64,000 nt of DNA, from positions 197,080-261,079 of the forward strand of contig RDEW01000021.1 of NCBI GenBank assembly GCA_011109175.1, in the 5' to 3' direction. The DNA is from Dicyema japonicum. Its lineage: Eukaryota; Animalia; Dicyemida. Positions 40,490 through 54,268 of the stretch are shown here, piece after piece (position 1 is the stretch's first letter; each line of letters begins with the position of its first letter). Under the pieces are notes generated by a model. The model ran no database searches. It was not told the origin of the DNA and worked only from the letters and a program-made list of their open reading frames with translations. The position numbers were made by a program, and so were the translations under genes.

Positions 40490-41000
40490 TCCCCATGAAG
40501 CACACGCATATGAAATGCATAGTTCGATGTACTGTGATTAGAGCGTTTTAAGTATAGGATGATGTCAAATTTTCCATAGACCTGTTACGCATTTCAGAAG
40601 ATGATTTTCTTTTCACATTTGTTCAGCACGTTAGTGACGTGTCTCTAAAAGTTCATGTGCGTAGCGAAATTTAGACCAAATATTTTTTGCCATTTGCTGA
40701 AAGGCAATCCTCTTTCCTCCGCAGTAACTTTTATTGTCTTGTTCGACAATCTTTTGTCAATGAGAGTTGTAATAGATTTTTCGGTATTGATTGACATCCG
40801 ATTTTTATTAAACCATTTGAGTAGTCGATCCATGTGGTGGTGTATTCTTTCCGTCGCTGTTTGGATGTTCTGATCCCGTGAGGCCAAGACGATATCGTCT
40901 GCGTAAGCCAGAAGCAGGTCGTCTTCTCCATTCGGCGTCGGAATGTCAGCCGTAAATACTTTGAATAAGAATGGTGATAGCGGCGAACCCTGGGGTACTT
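40490..41000 (-). mobile_element. Ingi/Vingi-type RT fragment
   Basis: VPQGSPLSPFLF, LAYADDIVLASRD. Confidence 0.8.
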
Positions 41001-42599
41001 GTTTTTATATTAAATATTTTTTGCATTAAATTTTAATTAATTAATATCATTAATATTTTTTGTGATGTCTGAAAAATTATTCAAGAAAATCGTGCATTTA
41101 ACCTCGAATGGGAGGAAAAATTCTTCGTTTTTGAAGACAATGGCTACTCATATTGCCTGATTTGTCATTTTATTATACAGTCTTAAGTCATATAATGTCG
41201 AGAAGCATAATTTGAATCATTCTTCAGAATATGATTTTTTAAGATGAATAAAAAAATCAAATTTCTATCTATGAAATCAAATCGAAAACTACAAACCAGT
41301 TTGTTCAAACAACCCATTTTCAATTTCAAATACCCAAATTTGGTTACGAATGCTTATGAAAATGCGCATGTATTTGGATCAGCGTATGCATGTGAAGCTT
41401 TGTTCACGAGACTCACACATATCAAAACCAAATTTCGCAACCAAATGATGAACATCTTATGCAACTCCTACGTACGTCATCAGCAAACTGAGTACCTGCT
41501 TTGAAAGAATAGTAGAAGGAAAGCAGATTCAATTCTCACTTTAATTTTATTTAATAAAGTTTTTTTTATTAAATTTTTTGCGGCCCGCGAACCAATTGTT
41601 GATTATTGATTTGGCCCGCAGACCAAAAAGGTTGAGAACCACTTATTTAAAACCAAGATCAGGTGTGTCCCTTAAGTAGAGTACTTCGTGTCATTGTCCT
41701 CTATCGAATAATAAAGATAAGTTTATTCTCCTGTAATGTTTACTTCTTAGGAGATACTCTTAAGAACTCTTATTCACAAGATGACCAATAGTGAATGATC
41801 TATAGAATAGTGCATCAATGTGAAGTCGTTAGCAAAATACATAGACCAATCGGCTCCCTGGAAGAGCCTTCTATCGCGGTTGCATGGAAACTGATTGGAG
41901 AAAAGAATTTCTGGGCCAATCGACTTCCCTTTCTTGGGACAGAGTTAGGCAAAGCGGGTATCAGGAAATCAGTGTCCGCTTATAGAATTTCGAAAATTTA
42001 GTCCACGTGGAAAAGTTCTAGGGTTTCTGTTAGTTTATAAGTCAGCGTTTAAAATTGTTAAAAATTAGGTTATTCTAAAATAAAAATTATTTCCTTTTAT
42101 TAATTTGGGCCCTCATATTATATTTCCTGTCGATTTCTCTCAACCTCGCGTTCGTGTCCTTCTTCACATTCGGCTAAACTAAATATCGAAGAAACCTGGT
42201 CAATATTATTCTCACAGCGATAACCGCAGCACTTTTCCGTTAGACGGGTCGTGAGGACAGAACATTGGTTGTGCCATTTTATATAGACAGTAGTTTTCTT
42301 CCTCTTTATAGTTGGAAAATTCCTTTTTTAATTTTTTAAATTTAAGTTTGGCGAATGTCAGCGTTGAGATAATATTCGGTGGCCTGGCATTCCTCTCAGA
42401 TGGGAGAATATTCGGCTTCGAAATTTTACGCGGCTGATTAACTTTTTCAGAAATTTTTTTGCTAGAAAATCAAATTTTAAAATACCTATTATTCATGCAG
42501 CACGAAATATCGGCCAAGTACAATTTTTAAATTTATGACGACTTGGATGTTGCGTGGGAATGTCATGTCCTGTTTATGTAATTACAATTTTGAAGGCAT

Positions 42600-43700
42600 G
42601 ACGTACTGAATCAGGAAATATTGGAAAAATCACCGCCAGAATATGTGTTGTCAGACAATCCTTGAATGGTTGGTTAGTCATGTGGTTTATCGGTCGGAAA
42701 GTTGGTAGTCTTGCACAAAGTATCTCCTAATTTCACGATGAATGAAAGCACTTGGCTACCTTCTCGTGGGTATGGCTAAGGTGATTGACTCGGGAGGCAT
42801 CAGAAACTCGTAGTTCGAACAAAGGAAAGAAGTGACGATAGTACGAAGTATCCATGTTCAAATTCTGTTCTGAAATTGATGAACTTTGGGGATCATCTTT
42901 CTCCATTATAGAGATCGATCAAGGATTTCAAGACAAACCGTAGGAGGTGATGTGTGTACGTCAGGAACAACTAATTGTATGTCTCCGCTACTTTTTATCT
43001 GCTTTTTTTAATATATTGCTTAATCATCACCAACTGAATGTAAAGATAAATGGTTCCCACATTTTATATTTATTGACGACATTGAGTTTTTCGTTCAGTC
43101 ATGTGATGGGTACATGGGTCGAAACACTTATGTTGGTTACAACATAATCAAAATCTCAGTTACTGTACAATCAGATATTGTGTTTTACTATAAGTTATCT
43201 GGGGATATGACTATCACTACTAACCAAGAATGTTTGCAAACAGTGGAGGTTGAGAAGAAGTAAAAGTACGGGTTTCTTGGGATAATGTATCAGTGCAAAG
43301 TCAACGTTATTCAATATGTAATGGGATTGTATATTAAGTAGATTCCACAGGGGTACCCGAGGCAGTCGGAAGTGGGTAGAAATATGCATGCAGATATAAA
43401 AATAACTGAGAACGTTTCCCTTACCGCAGGCAGTGCGACCCCTTTGTGCAACAGGAAGTGCAAGAGGATAATAGTAAACAATTAGAAAGGGCGGACAAGA
43501 AATGCAAATGAGCTGACTTATTGAATTTATGATTTCATTAGTTGCCAAAGTTTGGGTTTTTGGTAACCTTACAATAATCATAGGAGAAACGCTGAAGTGT
43601 TCTGGAGGCAAACTCCCCTCTATACAAATTGAATATGCCATGCTCCGACCTCTTCAAAGTTTTCGTGTAAGATAGGTGTTGAGTCACTCAAAACTCAAAC
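42600..43700 (+). pseudogene. Degenerate FN3-like family fragments
   Basis: tgaatgaaagc family motif at about 42740; VKVRVSWD at about 43265. Confidence 0.3.
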
Positions 43701-44546
43701 TTGAAGGCCGCAATTCAATTTGTCCTAGTTCAAAAATGAAAAAGTTCAAAAAGATGCATAAGCGGATCTGCTACAAATCAAACAGAATCACGTATTCCGC
43801 TTGTAATTGTTGACTGAAGGATTCCACCGTTAATTCTGTTTATCATAAACTTGGAGGCATAAAATACCAAAGAGACTTTAAAGTGGAGAATATAATGACA
43901 TTTCGGTAATCATGAACATGGAAAACAAAAATGTTTCAATTGATGAATATTTCCGGTCAGTCAACCTCGTGTTGTGTGCCAATAAGATGCATAAAAAGTA
44001 TCACAAAAGAAATAAACTTCGGTATACATATCCTAATACCAAATTCAAAATTTTTGGAGCCATAAAGAATTTGTCCTAATTATAAAGGCATACTAAGTGC
44101 TCAACTCATGCGAGTTCTATTCAGCCTTGTCCTTGATTAAAAAAAGTGCATAAGCGAACTTTTACTAAAGCGGGTTCATAAAATAGGAACTAATCGTCTC
44201 TCCTGACAGGAAACGGGGAGATTGCTACTTACTAATATGTCAAACTAGTGGTACATTGGTTGAGCCGGCAGCATAGCTATAGCATACTTAACGTTTTCAT
44301 CTCCCCAAAGTGAATATAACCCCCGCGACTTCTTAATGAAGTCAAACGAAAGTTTTGAAATAAGGAAGCATCTGACGAACTAATACCTTGTTCTGATCTC
44401 GTGAATGAAATTGAAGTAGAATATCTGAGGACTCGAATACCTGAAAGACGTTATAATAACAACATCATGAAACTAATAAATTTTACCACCAAAAAATAAT
44501 TTTTTAAATATTAAATAAATGTTGTTTAATATTTTTTAGTATTAAT

Positions 44547-47500
44547 TTATACCACTTTTACGTTTTCTTGAGCCATTTTAATTGATTTTAGTAAATTTAT
44601 TGCATCAAAATCTTCTGTAAACCGAATTAAGTCTAATTCGTATAATTACTCTTACATTTACGACATGATACTTCGGCTTCTTTGAATCTCCTAAGCTTAT
44701 AAAGGTTGTATGACTTGATGAATAATACAAAAAATGCGTCTTCCTGAAGCTTAAGCGCCTTCTCAGCAGACGCTAACGACAATTGATGACGACTGCACCT
44801 TTTCTAGCATGAAATGGGCGGACTACCAATATTGTTGCCATCTTTGTGTGTGCCATGTAATTTTCAGGACTTGTTGATACACAATTTTCAGCGTGCCTTA
44901 AAGCCTAAACGCTAAAATTTGAAGTCGACTTCATTGTTGATTCCCCGATGAAAATACTAGGACGATATGTTAAAAATTGCAAGGATATAGTCGTCCTTGA
45001 GTTTTAGAGCTTCCATAAAATCAGATTTGGCGGCAGATGTCCTTCCAAGAAGCTGAGTTTAATAAGCAAAGCACCATGTTTATAATTCCCCTGTTATAAT
45101 AGTAAACTGGGAGAGGATCTATTTGGATCGCTTCCGTAACTTCAATATAAGCATCTTCGGTGTGACCCATCGTCAAGTATATCAAGGACAGTTCTACACG
45201 TGTCACATCACAATCTCGAACGTTAAAAATCTATATACGATGATTTTGATCAATTATTTCTTGTAATCCTCTAAACGACGTTTTGCGATCTCCCAAATCA
45301 TGTAGGAATATCCCCAAGTTTACCCTGGCCATATAATTGTCGGAATTCGACTTTAGGACCGTCCTCACGTCTTCTCTGAAAGTGAACTAAAATCCCAACA
45401 TTGCCCTCTCCAAATTCTTGATACCTTCGGATTTGAAAAATCCAACTGTTCTTAAAATATAAACTTCGATAAGAGTGGGGTTTTCGTTTATGAGAGAAGA
45501 GGTAGCCAAAATCGAGTATCCATGCTCTCTCATTCTACCTGAAAGTTACAAAACTGACATTAATTTACATTTTATAAACATAAAGGAGGCCCACAGTGAC
45601 TTTATTCTCTTAAAGTCACATACTCCTCTGTCATAAACTTCAAGTTGGTAGTATATCATCCCCCGCTGTTGTAGACACTAAAGATTACTCCAAAGGAAAC
45701 TTTGCTCAAGAGATTTTTTAATTTCTACTCAATTATATAGGAATATAAAATTATGGCCTAAAGTCTTGAACACCTCAAACCTGGTCCCGACTGTTTAGTC
45801 GTTCACAGCAGAGTCCTTTAAAGTAAATCGAGAAAAAGTTGAAGCTATTCAGCGAAAGGGAGACGTCGAGATCTTCCAATCCCAATTCAAAATGGTTCAT
45901 GGCACATTTGATCACCCCCCTTGAAAGTTACTACTTTATAGCCACCTTAGCAGGAAATATGATGAAAATGATTTTTTCATTCTGATGGCCTCATTACAGC
46001 AGCAGATAGCCTTGGAGTATCTCTTTTGATTGAGGAAACAAATTGCCAACGAAATGTGGGCCTTGGTGGTTAAAATTTAATACTTCGTGTAAATCTGGCT
46101 TTAAGCTCAGAGCTCTGACTAGGTGGAACTCAGCTTCCTGAAGATTTTTCGGTGCTATCAGGGAGACCCCGTATAAATAATGAGCCAAGTATGACTTCTT
46201 GTTTAAACGGATAGATTTTGATAAAAGTTCTCTGGCTATACTCTTGGACCCGACGATCAAATAACAGTGACCCAGAAGTTTCAAGATTTCAGCAAATCCT
46301 TTTGGGTTTTCATCGGCCGAGTCTTTCTAAGGATCAAACTCATCATCGAACATATCGTTCATGTGCAATCTTCAGGCATTGGATTGAAGACTCCCAATTT
46401 CTGTTGAGCATGAGACCGTTAGCTGCTAATATATAAGCTTCCATGTTGTCAAAGCAGTCATCCTGCATTTAAAATATTTTCTACTTCAGTCTTATTGACA
46501 TCCCCCAAAAAAGCCTTTAATTCAGAATTGTTCTTGATGGACGGATCACTGGAGAACATGGCGGCGAAAGTCCTAAAATTAATTAAGGGGAACGCTTGCC
46601 TTATACATATCGAAAAGATCTCCAATTCCTTCATTTTAAGCAAGAGTTTCCCCTGTTTTAGTAAGTAAAGTTTGGTACTCTTAAAATATTAGTCTCAATG
46701 TTTGAGGGAAACAGATAAATTATTTTATTGTATTCCTTTAAGGCCTGCTCTTTCTATCAAACTAAACTCGAACAATGTTTAAAGAGCTATACCAATATGC
46801 TCTTCCAAAATGAGCCTCGATGTTTTCAAACTCGACATCAATCACACATTCAAATTTAGTCAGAGCTCTTTACTAAATATGAAAAATACAACTGAAATTT
46901 GTTATTCCGCATGCAAATCACTGCAAAAGCTTTAATGGCTCTTATATCGTTTTTACTGACTCTGTGGATGTTCTCAAACGTTGTCATAGCCTTCTCATAT
47001 CTTGTTTAAGTAATCAAAAGAACTGTTTCATATTAATCACTATATATCCCATAACAAGGAGAATTTCCATGTTGGATGTTTCCAATCCTGAAGTTTCCTT
47101 CAAAAGCAAATAAGCGATCCTCGGTTTGACACTAAATGTTAAGTTAAGATTACTTTCTGAGAATACAGCCAGACAATAAGCAAAATTCGTTATTATTTTT
47201 GTCAAACCGAATAACCACACCGCACACGTCGAATGCTTGTTTCCAACAACTCAGTTTAACAAGGGATTTTATTTCGAGGGAATACGCCTCAGAATTTTTT
47301 ACCCCCAGTTTTTGGATTTTCTTCACAAATTCGATAGACTGTACATACTCCCTATAGATTCTAGAAAATTCGAAAGATTACTCGGTTTTGTAGTATAAAT
47401 TGGAAATTTTTAACAACGTGGGGATATCTTCGGGATTGATTTTATAGCACTCTTGGTAAGCCTCTATTGCTTCGTGGACACTGATCTTTAATTTTAGGAG

Positions 47501-49700
47501 ATTGCCATACTTCTTCCAGCAGTTCGGCCCTTCTGTACAAAACATATAATTTTTTATATCCCATTTTCCAGCAGTTTGCGTAGTTTTCTATCGCTTCTTT
47601 ATTTTTCCCTTGAAATCGCAGTAACTCCGCTCTAATGGGGTAAGACTCGCTCATGAACCGTGAAAGAAACACAAATGGAGTCTTTGGATTTCGTGATTGC
47701 ATGTGATCCAGTTCCCGCATCGCATCAGCGTAGTTTCCTTGTAAAATGTAAATCAGGTGTTGCTCCCAGTAAGCCTTCAAATAGCTCGGCCTCTCCTCAA
47801 TCGCTCTGAACCATAAATATTAAAAAGTGACTGTGAAATGTCCTCACTGGCCTTTTCCAAATCGTTACGCTAAATATTAACGGTCCCTAGCTAACCATTC
47901 TGTGAAGCTTTGCTCTTTCAACTAAATACACGTGTTCTAAGCCATTACGACTGTTTATTTTTTCAGAAAGAAGGTCAAATTCAGTAGTCATCTTCGAATT
48001 ATATCAAGGTCCACCGCATTTTGTGAGGATTTTGGACAAAAGCAGTCAATTTGGGGGTACATTTTAGCCGCATGTAATTTCTGCTGAGAAATGGACGACT
48101 TTAAAATATCCTTTAAACTAAATTCTGACATAATTCAAGGAATAAACCGAGATCCGAGATTCTGACAAATCCATCGTCATAGGGTTTGACGTCCTGGGAA
48201 AGTATTAACAAAAAATACTTGAAATTTGTTTTTTAATTCATTTTGGACGTCGAAAATGTCCTTCGAAAGGTCCCCGTCAGAAAATAAATTGCGGTTTTTG
48301 TTTAAAGGCGACTCTCCAAGAACTCTGAAATGTGACCTAAGGGTTACGATTGGTACCCTTCTTCAGGATTGTCAAATAAGGCTTCATCCATGTGGAGATA
48401 TTTATTTTTGCTGAAATAAGATCACAAAAAACTTTTTGAAGGAATAAAGGTTCATATCTTTAAAGTACTCCACCTAAAGGTTTACCAAAAGGTTTACATC
48501 TTCAGGAAAAAAGTGGGGACATAACTTTTCCACGACCTTGCGGGGCTTCGCTAACAAAATTGGGGGGAGGAAATAATCATAGCCACTTTTTTGATTTATG
48601 TTTATTTTAGAAACGATCAGAGTTTCCTTCAAATAACAATGCGACTGACCTGATCTTCGATTTTTGAGTGATTTAACGCAATCGATGTTGTCTCGGATTT
48701 GGATGATGAGCTGAAGATGAGTTGATCATTGATATTTGTGATCTGAATTTGTACCCCCATTTACTTGATGTCGACCAATTTTTATAAAATTATCTCGTAG
48801 TTGTTGTTGGTTTTTTGCCGAAAGTAAATCACCCTTTTCTTGATGGCAGAAAATGTGCGAATGTGGAACAACGACGTCCTCCACATCGATTCTTGCCTCC
48901 ACCGAAGGACACGGTTTATTCTTATATTATACTCAGGTACTTACAGCCGGTATATTTTCCAATTTACTGACAAAAATACAGTCGACGTCCTCTTCTGGAT
49001 TAGCCTAAATAGAAGAACTAGTAAGACTTCTTCGGCTGCGACCTTGCTTGGGAGTTCTAAGAGATATTTTTACGAAAAATACTAGCATCCTTTGGCGTCC
49101 CATAATTCCTGGATAATTAGTTTATTTACCTTTTTGAGCTCTTCTGTAGAGTTTTGTCTTTGAAATAAAATTCATGAAATAACTTATCGGCTCACGTGGT
49201 GTCCGGACAAATTGATATTCGATCATGGCTCGTTCGAGGACATTTTGTTGATAATACTAAATAGTAGGAGAGGACTACTTGTTCGAGGTTACGGATTGAG
49301 TCTTCTACTTTAACCGCTTAATGTTAGATTGGAACGATTACTTTTGAATTTATCGGTTAATTTTCTCGGTAGACAGGTTGAACGGATATTTCCGGTTTCC
49401 TGACAAATTGCGAATTTGGGGGTTGACAGCGGTCTGTAGTTTTTCCCGAATACCTTGGGATCCTCTGCAGTCTTAGTTTTTGTGCATTTGTTGGACTATT
49501 TTATTTTCAACAAATACAATTTTAGGGGTAAAGTCAATTCCTAAAATTTTCCCCACTCGGTTCATTCTAAATGTTTACTTGGGGGTTTACCGTATTCTAC
49601 TACACTTCTCATCCCTAGTTTCGTATTTCGGAGCATTTTCTAAGTCATATTTTGATGGAACCTTGGAAACAAATCAACGGTTTACAAAAAATATTATTTT
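44547..49700 (-). CDS. TTC6: Long tetratricopeptide-repeat protein, probably TTC6; extremely intron-dense; start codon not resolved
   Basis: Many TPR units (EAIQIDPLPVYYYNRGIIN, KSIRLNKKSYLAHYLYG, RALSLKPD); stop at 44547; N-terminal micro-exons splice in frame. The TPR call is firmer than the symbol. Confidence 0.6.
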
Positions 49701-50399
49701 AATATTTTAAAAGAAATTGAAATTTATTTTTGCCGGTAATACTTTAATTATTAATAATATTAACTAATTTAAACCGAACCCTAGAAAGCATGACAGGAGG
49801 CAGAGGTCGGAGATGCCATATTGGCAAAGGCTCAATTTGACAATTCGCTCTCGAGCTGTTTAAAAAACCAGAATCGTACCTGCCTGAGGAAGCTGACGAA
49901 CAGGCAGCCGAGGAAGGTTGCTAATTGTTAAAATATTCACTTTTTTTTGTTAAAAAAAGATTTTTCAATATTAACTAATAAGAGGTGAGTTCATTAGGTG
50001 ACCCTAGCCTCCATTTCCTAGTGTTTATCTTGGGAACCGAGGAATTTTCTGTATGTCCGTTTTTGGACGGTTTTCCACGTTGAGTGGCGCCCTATTTCCA
50101 AAATGGAGCTTTGATAGTAAGGGGAGAAGAAATTATCTTTTCTGATCTCGTCCTGCTACTGAACGCTTCTCAGACTGGTAGATCCTATGACGTCATGTTA
50201 ATTAATCGTAAGGGAAAAATTTAGAAATTTTTTGATTTATATTTATTTTTTGAAACTTAAAACTTTGGGATTTGGTCCATCCACGTGTGATAAATTAAGG
50301 TCCATCGGTCATGAAGCAATGGAGATATTTTTGTACGTCGCCACTACCTTCCAATCATTTAACCACGTGGTTAATTGATCAGAATTAAAAATAAATTGT

Positions 50400-51140
50400 C
50401 ATAAGTATGATCGATACTGTGAAATCTGGCTGTAAGTTAATCTCATTAACCTCAGATTCATCGAAAACAAGTCAACAGTTAACGACTAATCAAGTGTATC
50501 CAGTCTCCACAGTCATAACTCCTTCCAAGCCCACGAGTTTATCTAGCACCAGTTGCGAAGTAAGGCAAATCCTCTATCAAAGTGGTCGAGAGATAAATCC
50601 TTCCATGGACACAATTCTATCCAGCATCACTGGTGTGGGAGTCAAGAATAGTGGGGTGAGCAAATGACCATTTTCGATGTCATAATTTCTAGAGTTAATG
50701 GATGCAATAAAATTTATTTGCGATTTGAATGCAATTGGGACTGGGTAATCGAGATCTCGTTAATTTCATGTACATTCAAATTAATATAATTTACCAGTCA
50801 AACCAAGAAATGGCGATGATTTGGTTGATTTGGGTTGCTTGCGTCATCTACAATACCACTTAATTTGTAAATCACAGAACATTAAGGAACAATAAATTTA
50901 CTAAAACTGAGTGGTCATTCGGTTAGGTGGTCACGTGACGTACCCCTGGAATGTCTGCTTAGCTTATCTTGGATTAAGTCCTTGTCTTGTTTTTCGTGAG
51001 CACGGACGAGGTGAAGGATTTTAGACAGAGGTCTCTGTTCTAAACGAAGGAGTGTCGGATGCCAATAGGACAAACGTTTGAGTCTCTTCCAGGCCAAAAT
51101 CGAAAGTACTCGGGAGACCACATGTGGGGAGCTCACTAGT
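50400..51140 (+). pseudogene. Degenerate FN3-like family fragment
   Basis: PSKPTSLS, LPWTQFY and VGVKNSGVS; family DNA motif at about 50927-50965. Confidence 0.4.
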
Positions 51141-52149
51141 AATCATTCGAAATTTCTTAAATCAAATGTGAAATTAATATAAATGAGAATTATTCTGACG
51201 TCTATAAATGAATTTATTTTTATTACTGGTTTAATCATCAAATAATTGTAGGAATAATCATTTTATCCACCAAAATGTTTACTTCGGAGACAGCAACTCA
51301 AGAAATCAGCGAAAATGGAAGACGAAAACTCGCCTGTATGATTAGAAGCGTTGAACAAATTAAAGAAGTCGAAACGGCGGAAGTCAAATTTGGCCATTTT
51401 GTAGAATTGTACAGCGAATGCACAAATAACGAAAGAAGTCGAATTTATTTGCAGTTTAGGTAAGAGATGGTACTCCATTTTTGACTACTTTTACAATTTA
51501 AGACTAACCTGACGATTTATTATAAAAAGACTAACAAATTGATTGATTACTAATATTTTATTAAATTAATTTTTAACGAACACCAGGGTACCCCAATGTG
51601 AAATATGGCTTAGGTTGGTTTGTTGAGGTCTTTGAATAATGATCAAAATAGAGATCCCAAAAATTTTGGACCCGACGGAAGTCAACCAAGAGTAGTGACG
51701 CATTCGATTTTTTACTTCTGCCACTTTGTGAATAAAATATCTTAGAAATCCAGCATTTCTTCTATGAACACGAAAATAAAGGATGAGGCTACGTACGTCT
51801 TGAAAATACTGGAGACAAAGGTGTTTACATATGTCATGGTAGAGGTACTTGGCCAGTTCAACCTACCGTTCAATTAACCACTAAAAAACAGACCAGGCCC
51901 TAAGATGTTTTTTTGATATGACAGTGGATGTTTATAAAAACCGAAAATAAATACTGGTTAGTCCCTCAGGCAACTAGGAGGGAGGTACCTTATAATCTTC
52001 ACAAAGAATGACGATTTTGTTCTCGTCGAGCATTTCTGTTTGAGTTATTTCTTCTTCATTAGCAAATTCTTCCAGTTCTTTTCGGTACTCATTCAAAACA
52101 GAATCTTGCATTATATCTTCACTAGCAAATTAGACATTTGACTGTTTCT

Positions 52150-52700
52150 GCACTATAATGATGGCCTTCCGGAAATTCCAATTTTTTTCCAAATCAAGGA
52201 CTTCTATGTAATCCAAAATAAACCTTTTTCTAGAAAATGCTTAAAGTTCTTAATTATGCCTGCGTTTAGCGGTTGAAGATGAACATTTTTGTTTTTTGAA
52301 GGATTAAAATTTCAATGTTTCAAAAAATTTCGTTAAAACGTGGCTTGGAGCATTATCAACCAGTAAAAAACTTTTTCATAAACATTTTAATTCACCATTA
52401 AGATGACATCCATTCAACAAGTGAAGTATCAAGTTGTTGATGTTTACAACTGTCTTGACTTGTTAATAAAAGTTTCACAGTTTTTCTGTTTTTCACAATT
52501 TTTTAAGAATTTCTGAAAGTGTAGAAATTCTATAATAAAGATTCACTTTTATTTCAAAAATCTTTTTTTTCTGTGCAATAGAAATTTCGAGCCTCTTTCT
52601 AATTATGTGGCACTGTAGGATTTAAATAAATCCTGTTTGTATGGAAATTTAGTAAAATTTTACTGACTCAAAAAAAAATTTTGGTTTATTGAAGTTTTCT
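52150..52700 (-). mobile_element. pogo DDE_1 transposase fragment
   Basis: LLVDNAPSH. Confidence 0.65.
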
Positions 52701-52859
52701 GATTCTTGATGTTCGGATTAATTTACTGTAATTATTATCGGAAAATCTATTAAAAAATTAAAAAAGCGAAAATAAACATTTAATATAAAAAATTATTCTA
52801 TTCTTAACCCTATCCATTAGTTAATTTATATAATAATTTTAATTAGTAACTATAACATT

Positions 52860-53165
52860 TATTACAACAGTTACCTACCATTATAACTCATACTCAAACA
52901 TAAACCCTAGCCCTAACCATAATCCATAACCCTATCCCTAAATATAAACCCTAGACCTATCTTTAAACCTAACCTTTATCCCTAAACCTAAAAAATATCA
53001 TAAAACATATCCCTCAGCCATGTCTAATTATAATCTTTACTTCAACGAATTCAAAGTCCTTTCCTAAAAATACAAAAGTGTGATCTCAATTATAATCAAT
53101 ACGTAACATCAACACTAATCAATACCTAATCTCATTCCTAATCAACTACTAAATCCTATCTCCAC
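52860..53165 (+). repeat. Degenerate (CCCTAA)n-like interstitial repeat
   Basis: aaccctagccctaaccataatccataaccctatccctaaa..., 6-nt periodicity. Confidence 0.55.
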
Positions 53166-53210
53166 ATTAAGCCAAAAAGATTAAAAAAAATTTATGAAAT
53201 GCAAAGTCAT

Positions 53211-53680
53211 TTAAAATAATCTTTTAATTCTGCTATGGTGGACTATCATTATTTGCGAGTTACCACCATCTATGTGGACCATATTTCCTTGTATATCCAC
53301 TACTTGATAAAATGTAGCGTCCAAGTGGTCATATAAAGCACTTTTTTCGTTGATTGTAATCACAATCCATCCGTAGAATAACTCTATCTCCCACATTCAA
53401 TGATCTTCATCATTTTTCCATCTTTTCTTTCGCATTTTTTCTGCAGCTACCTTCGAGCAGAATCCCTTCACAAAGATAAGTCTTCATCTTCATAATCCTA
53501 TTATAATCGAATTACTCTGTAATAGACTATATCGTCCTCGAAAAATAGCAATGGGGTAAGTCTCCAAATGCGCTGTTTACTCTTTCTTGAAAGCTACCCA
53601 TCAGGATATCCATTTTCTAGATATTCGATTATCTGACCCAACTCATTATATTCACTTTAGGCTTAAAACCATGTGCAGAT
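53211..53680 (-). mobile_element. Integrase (Ginger-like) C-terminal fragment
   Basis: YQVVDIQGNMVHI...VHHSRIKRL, similar to 38660-38760. Confidence 0.45.
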
Positions 53681-53959
53681 TCAATTTTTTTTATTTTTAA
53701 ATATTAATCAAGTTTTTTGCTAATTAAAAAATAATAAAATATAATTAAAATGACACTCTATTCATATTGACTGGATTTTTGTTACTTTATGATTTTATAA
53801 TATTAACAATTTTTACAAAAAATTACACCATTCAACTCAGAAAAATCTGAATTATCCAGGGAACTAATTTATATTTTGATTGGTTCTAGTGGAGCTCCAA
53901 GTACGGCGGAGTTCCAAGTAAAGGACGGTGACTATAATTAATAATCCGGTAACCTAAAT

Positions 53960-54145
53960 ATCAAAGTGGTTAGTGATGTCGCTCCTTTCGCTTTTAGCTG
54001 GGTTTGATTCTCACACACAGTCTCAGGAGATGGGCTGGCATCCAAAAAGAATCTCTCCTCCCTGCTACACTTGAAGAGTTCCCATAATGGTGGATATAGG
54101 TGGACGTGCTACTTAGAAAGAATGCGCCTCCCTCTGGCAGTGGGA
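53960..54145 (+). mobile_element. tRNA-derived SINE-like repeat
   Basis: A box agtggttag, B box gggtttgattc; body homologous to 28400-28645. Confidence 0.55.
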
Positions 54146-54268
54146 CATAGATATTCCTTAGTTAGAAGTCAACTCAGCTTCTTTCCGCTATATTGAGGTC
54201 ATCAAATAAATATCATGCAAATATCACGAGAATATGAAAAAATAAAAATTTTAAAAATAGAAAAAAAT

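Larger units (their letters stand above)
37349..41644 (+). mobile_element. hAT (Buster/Charlie-type) DNA transposon with nested insertions
   Basis: TIRs CAGTAGTTCTCAACC (37349) and GGTTGAGAACCACTT (41644); 8-bp TSD ATTTAAAA at 37341-37348 and 41645-41652; subterminal ggcccgc motifs; transposase remnants at 41060-41545 (WEEKFFVFED..CLICH; FGSAYACEALFTRLTHIKTKFRNQM). Confidence 0.8.

Noticed and set aside
43195-43641. 148-aa minus-strand ORF
   Set aside because: No recognisable motif; the plus strand shows weak FN3-like remnants instead.
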